Origin: an uncultured delta proteobacterium
Lineage (GTDB): Bacteria > Desulfobacterota > Binatia > DP-6
Length of the DNA stretch: 64,000 bases
Assembly (NCBI GenBank): GCA_963815115.1
Contig: CAWFFN010000009.1
Span: forward strand, 1,120,001 to 1,184,000
Reading direction: 5' to 3'
The notes beneath the pieces are model-generated. The model had not been told where the DNA came from and searched no databases. It was given only the letters and a program-made list of their open reading frames with translations. Positions 60,166-64,000 of the stretch are shown one piece after another. The position numbers and the translations under genes were made by a program. The first letter of the stretch is position 1, and every line of letters starts with the position of its first letter.

Positions 60166-60408
60166 CTGGCTACGCTGCGGGGGCCCCCCTGGCCCCGAGT
60201 GGATCGTGCACCTCTCCGGCGTCGCTGTCTTGCCATTCCGTGCCGCGCCCAACGCCTGGCGCGGGTCGCGGGCCCTGACGCCGTTGCCGTCATTGGCGGA
60301 AAATGGCAAGACGTCTCGCCTTGCGGCGGCTATGGGTGCGGGGCGCATGACGCGCTGCCACCGGACCGCCAGGAGCACCACGCTGGACGTCCGGGCAGGA
60401 GGCGAGAG

Positions 60409-60774
60409 ATGACGAAGGCGAGGACGTTCCTTGCGCTCTGCACCGCAGCGGGAATCGCGACGGCGTGCGCGACCCAGAAGCAGGTCCTCGACACCAGACA
60501 GGACGGCGCCGTCCAGACGGCTCTCCAGCGCGGCCGGTTCGATCTGAACTGTCCGGCAGCCACCGCCACCGTGCTGTCGCGGGACTACATCCAGCCCGCC
60601 ATCCAGGGTCCGTGGGTGAGCGGCCTGCAGCGGGTCGAGTACACGGTCGGCGTCGCCGGCTGCAACCAGCGCACGACGTACGTCGTCATGTGCCAGGTCG
60701 GCACCCAGACCTGCTTTGCAGCGAATCCCGAGGGTCGCTTCCAATCCAATTCAGAGGGTCGCTTCCAGCGATAG
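60409..60774 (+). CDS. Lipoprotein, hypothetical
   Basis: AGGAGG RBS; IATA-C lipobox; RGRFDLNCP, EYTVGVAGC. Confidence 0.75.
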   Translation: MTKARTFLALCTAAGIATACATQKQVLDTRQDGAVQTALQRGRFDLNCPAATATVLSRDYIQPAIQGPWVSGLQRVEYTVGVAGCNQRTTYVVMCQVGTQTCFAANPEGRFQSNSEGRFQR

Positions 60775-60802
60775 CGGGCGGCGATCGGGCCGGGGAACCG
60801 CC

Positions 60803-61690
60803 GTGAGCGATCGTCTGCCGGGGTCGTTGCTCCTCCTCGTCTTCGCGCTTCTCCTCCTTCCCGCGGTCGTAGCCGCGGCGACCTTGATGCTCGCGTGCAA
60901 CGATCCCTGTCTGGCGGCCGCACGGGGCACGCATCGGCAGTGCGTCTCGAGCGCGACCGGAGCGTTCCAGGACGCCGTCGACGGCTGTCTCGAACGCGAC
61001 CACGAGTGCGTCGACGCGTGCCGCTCCCAGCGCCAGGACTGCCGCGACGGCACGGGAAGCGGCGCCGCGCTCGCCGCCTGCGATGAGGCGCTCGAGACCG
61101 CCACGCAGGGGTGCCGGGACCGCTTCCCGCTCACGCCGAAGGAGTCGAGGCACCGGCGGGCAAAGTGCATCGACAAGGCCCAGATCGCCAACTTCCGCTG
61201 CAGCAACGAGGTCCATCGGCGCTTCCGGCAGGCGCTGCGGGCCTGCCGGCAGGGGTTCAGGCAGTGCACCGACGCGTGCGGCCCGGGCGGCCCGCCGGGC
61301 GGCACGGCGGCCTGTAGGGATCAGGGCAAGGCGGCGCGCGGCTCGGTGCTCGCCGACTGCAAGCTGACCTTCCAGGTGACCTCGAGCGGATGCATCAACA
61401 AGGACGTCACGTGCGTCCAGGACTGCGGGGACGCCCGCGTCACCTGCGAGGCCCCGACGCGGTCCATTCTCGGGGCGGCGCTCACTGCCTGTACCGCGGA
61501 CGAGGGCGTCGCGGTGGCCGCGTGTCGCGTCGCGAATTCCGCGGGCAGCGCGGCGCTGGACTCGTGCATCACCGCCGCCCAGGCGAATGCGGCCGTCTGT
61601 CGCGATGCCGCCGCCGACGCCGCCGCGCCGGGGCTCGCTGCCTGCGTCCAGCCCTACGTCGCCTGCGTCAGGGCGTGCCCGCCATCGTAG
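60803..61690 (+). CDS. Secreted Cys-rich helical repeat protein, homolog of 51124-51990
   Basis: GCLERDHECVDACR and GCINKDVTCVQDCG; CIDKAQ; C-terminal CVRACPP. Confidence 0.8.
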   Translation: MSDRLPGSLLLLVFALLLLPAVVAAATLMLACNDPCLAAARGTHRQCVSSATGAFQDAVDGCLERDHECVDACRSQRQDCRDGTGSGAALAACDEALETATQGCRDRFPLTPKESRHRRAKCIDKAQIANFRCSNEVHRRFRQALRACRQGFRQCTDACGPGGPPGGTAACRDQGKAARGSVLADCKLTFQVTSSGCINKDVTCVQDCGDARVTCEAPTRSILGAALTACTADEGVAVAACRVANSAGSAALDSCITAAQANAAVCRDAAADAAAPGLAACVQPYVACVRACPPS

Positions 61691-61823
61691 CCGGCAAAAG
61701 GCATGGCAACTTCAATGCCCGTGAACGTGTCGCTCCAGGCCTACGCGAACGCCGTGAAGCCCGACTTCGCCTGCGACTGGCTGCTGCGCTTCCAGATCCA
61801 GTTCCTCTTCCCCAAGTAGAACG

Positions 61824-62660
61824 ATGATGCGCTCGAGCTACACGATGGTAGTCGCGGGTCTGGCGCTCCTCGTCGCCGCGTCGACGGGCTTCGCCGCCGA
61901 GGACGAGCCCGCACCGGGATGGCAGTTCGAGGTCATGCCGTACGCCTGGATTCCGGGAACCTTCGGCACGGTCCAGGTGAAGGGGCGCACCGCCCACGTG
62001 GACAGCACGCTCGGCGACGTCTTGACCCTGCTGTGGCACGGCGATGCGTTCACGGTTGGCGGCTACTTCGGCGCGCGCTACGATCGCTGGAGCTTCTTCA
62101 CGGACGCCTACGGCGGCTTCCTGAACGAGAGCGTGAGCGAGACCATCCCGACCAGGTTCTGCACCCTGCGTGCCGGCGCGACGCTGAAGCTGAGGCCCGC
62201 GATCGTCGACTTCGCCTTCGGCTACGAGCTCGGGCGGTGGTCGATGTCGGAGCGGCAGCGGCCGATCTCGCTCGGCGTCTACCTGGGGACGCGCTACCTC
62301 CACGTCGGCCAGGAGCTCGATACCTCGGTGGCGGTGGTGAACGGCCGGAGCCGCGCCGCCAGCGTCTCCGACGTCGTCAACTCGGCGGACCCCATCATCG
62401 GGGTGCGCTGGGAGGTCCCGGTGCTGGACAGCCTGTCGCTCGACTTCCGCGGCGACATCGGCGGCCTCCCGGCCGACTCGAAGCTCACCTGGGGGATCGT
62501 CGGCGACGTGCGCTACTGGCTCGGCTGGCAGCCGTTCGGCGCCCGGACCTGGCTCGAGGCCGGCTACCGCGTCGTCGCATACCAGCGCGACTTCGGCGGT
62601 GGCAACGACCTCAACCTCCAGCTCCGGGGCCCGCTCCTGGCGATGGGCTTCGGGTTCTGA
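61824..62660 (+). CDS. Outer-membrane beta-barrel protein (different family from the three paralogs)
   Basis: Signal peptide; WQFEVMPYAW, DPIIGVR, GDIGG, AGYR, GPLLAMGFGF. Confidence 0.75.
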   Translation: MMRSSYTMVVAGLALLVAASTGFAAEDEPAPGWQFEVMPYAWIPGTFGTVQVKGRTAHVDSTLGDVLTLLWHGDAFTVGGYFGARYDRWSFFTDAYGGFLNESVSETIPTRFCTLRAGATLKLRPAIVDFAFGYELGRWSMSERQRPISLGVYLGTRYLHVGQELDTSVAVVNGRSRAASVSDVVNSADPIIGVRWEVPVLDSLSLDFRGDIGGLPADSKLTWGIVGDVRYWLGWQPFGARTWLEAGYRVVAYQRDFGGGNDLNLQLRGPLLAMGFGF

Positions 62661-62667
62661 TCCGCCG

Positions 62668-64000
62668 TCACTCCGGCGCGCCGACGCGGGTCTCGTCGAC
62701 GAAGCGCTCGGTGGCGGAGTCGATCTCGCGGCCGCGCCGTCCTGCCGCCTGGTGCACGTAGAGCGCGCCGCGCTCGACGCGCTCGCGCGGCGCCGGCGGC
62801 ATGGAGATCTCGTACTCGACGGGCAGCGCATGATCGGCGATCTGGAGCTTCGGATCGTAGACGCTGCCGAACTTGAACAGCATCTTCACGAAGTTCGTCT
62901 GTCCCTTCGCGAGCAGCTTGGCGACCTTCTTGGTGGCGCCCCAGACCTGCCCCATCCCGAGGTGCTTGCGGTTCAGCACCGCCTGGGTCGCGACCAGCTC
63001 CTGATAGAACTCCGCCAGCGGCAGGGTCGTCGGCAGGACGGCATGCTGGATGTCGAAGAGGCGATAGTCACGGGAGGTGAGCCGGCGCGACTCGGTGAGC
63101 CACGTCTCGGTCCCCGGATAGGGCGTGTTCACGGAGATGTTCACCACCTCGGGGATCTCGCTGCACCAGTCGCGGACGACGCGGAAGCGCTCGCGGTCCC
63201 AGCTCGGGTCGGCGATGATGTTGATGGCGACGTTGACCCCGATCGTCCGTGCGAACTCGAGCGCCTCGAAGTTCTTGGAGAAGCTCACCCGCTTGCGGAA
63301 CTTGCGCAGCCCTTCCTCGTCGATCGCCTCGATGCCGAGGAACATGATCTTGAGGCCGAGCCCGGCCCAGAACTTGAAGACCTCCTTGTTGCGCAGCAGG
63401 ACGTCGCCGCGCGTCTCCACGTAGTAGCGCTTCTTGATGCCCCGGCGCGCGATCGCCTCGCCGATCGCCATGCTGTGCTCGGCCTGGATGAACGCGACAT
63501 CGTCCAGGATGAACAGGCCTGGCTCGCGGATGGCGGCGACCTCCTCGACGGCTCGCTCGGGCGTCTTCACGCGATAGCTGCGACCGTAGAAGGTCCACGC
63601 GCTGCAGAACGTGCAATCCCACGGACAGCCGCGGCTGAACTCGATGGAGGCGCACGGGTCGAGCTGCCCGATGAAGTACTTGCGGCGATGGCGCACGAGG
63701 TCGCGCGCCGGCAGCACGTCGTCGAGATGTCCGACGAAGGTCGGCGCGGGCCCCTGCGCGTCGAGCGTGACCGCGCCGGGCACGCGTCCGACCGCGGCCC
63801 GGTCGTGCGCGACGGCATCGAGCAGCGCAGCGATCGGCGGCTCGCCCTCGCCGCGCAGGCAGCAGTCGATCGCGCCGCCGGCGTGCTGCAGGACCTCCTG
63901 GGCGGTGAACGAGACGCTGTGGCCGCCCACGAACACGAACGCACGCGGCAGCCGGGATCGCGTCTCCCTCGCGAGATCGATGATCTCCGGCACGTTGGCG
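62668..64000 (-). CDS. hpnR: Hopanoid C-3 methylase (B12-dependent radical SAM); 5' end outside window
   Basis: VGGHSVSF, RRKYFIG.LDPCASIEFSRGCPWDCTFCSAWTFYGRSYR, ETRGDVLLRN, DYRLFDIQHAVLPT. Confidence 0.85.
   Translation of the reverse strand, partial: ANVPEIIDLARETRSRLPRAFVFVGGHSVSFTAQEVLQHAGGAIDCCLRGEGEPPIAALLDAVAHDRAAVGRVPGAVTLDAQGPAPTFVGHLDDVLPARDLVRHRRKYFIGQLDPCASIEFSRGCPWDCTFCSAWTFYGRSYRVKTPERAVEEVAAIREPGLFILDDVAFIQAEHSMAIGEAIARRGIKKRYYVETRGDVLLRNKEVFKFWAGLGLKIMFLGIEAIDEEGLRKFRKRVSFSKNFEALEFARTIGVNVAINIIADPSWDRERFRVVRDWCSEIPEVVNISVNTPYPGTETWLTESRRLTSRDYRLFDIQHAVLPTTLPLAEFYQELVATQAVLNRKHLGMGQVWGATKKVAKLLAKGQTNFVKMLFKFGSVYDPKLQIADHALPVEYEISMPPAPRERVERGALYVHQAAGRRGREIDSATERFVDETRVGAPE

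Noticed and set aside
60730-60768. Duplicated GAGGGTCGCTTCCA at the lipoprotein 3' end
   Set aside because: Small in-frame duplication with no evidence of function
61704-61719. Second sigma54-like motif TGGCAACTTCAATGCC
   Set aside because: GG/GC spacing is right but the -12 element is weak; insufficient support

Overview
High-GC bacterial window. Gene content (many Cys-rich secreted proteins, F420-LLM, P450, CoA-ligases and acyl-CoA dehydrogenases, HpnR) resembles Ca. Binatia/Deltaproteobacteria; this is an inference, as no marker gene is present. The backbone carries fatty-acyl/steroid-type metabolism (HMG-CoA-synthase-like/OB-fold, thiolase, acyl-CoA synthetase, P450, a split 2-oxoacid:ferredoxin oxidoreductase), surface-polymer modification (MBOAT+SGNH; SGNH+SxtK/J/I-like carbamoyltransferase), a sigma54 HK-RR-pspA operon, a Phd-VapC toxin-antitoxin pair and hpnR. 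Accessory parts are a decayed patch at ~1.1-8.8 kb (two dif-like direct repeats, gene fragments, an IS256 remnant), two blocks that look less GC-rich (~14.6-18.7 and ~23.1-29.5 kb), and a 304-bp CTAG-bounded nested-palindrome element (2 full, 2 partial copies). The most notable observation is a module seen three times: a paralogous outer-membrane beta-barrel next to a secreted Cys-rich protein, at two of the loci with membrane-anchored or secreted proteins ending in a similar NTF2/SnoaL-like domain (TIR-, ExeA-ATPase- and Ig-like-fused). It is a candidate undescribed trans-envelope export or signalling system. Several conserved genes carry 1-nt frameshifts, probably long-read errors. No rRNA, tRNA or CRISPR array was seen. 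All family calls are by-eye motif recognition, not database searches.
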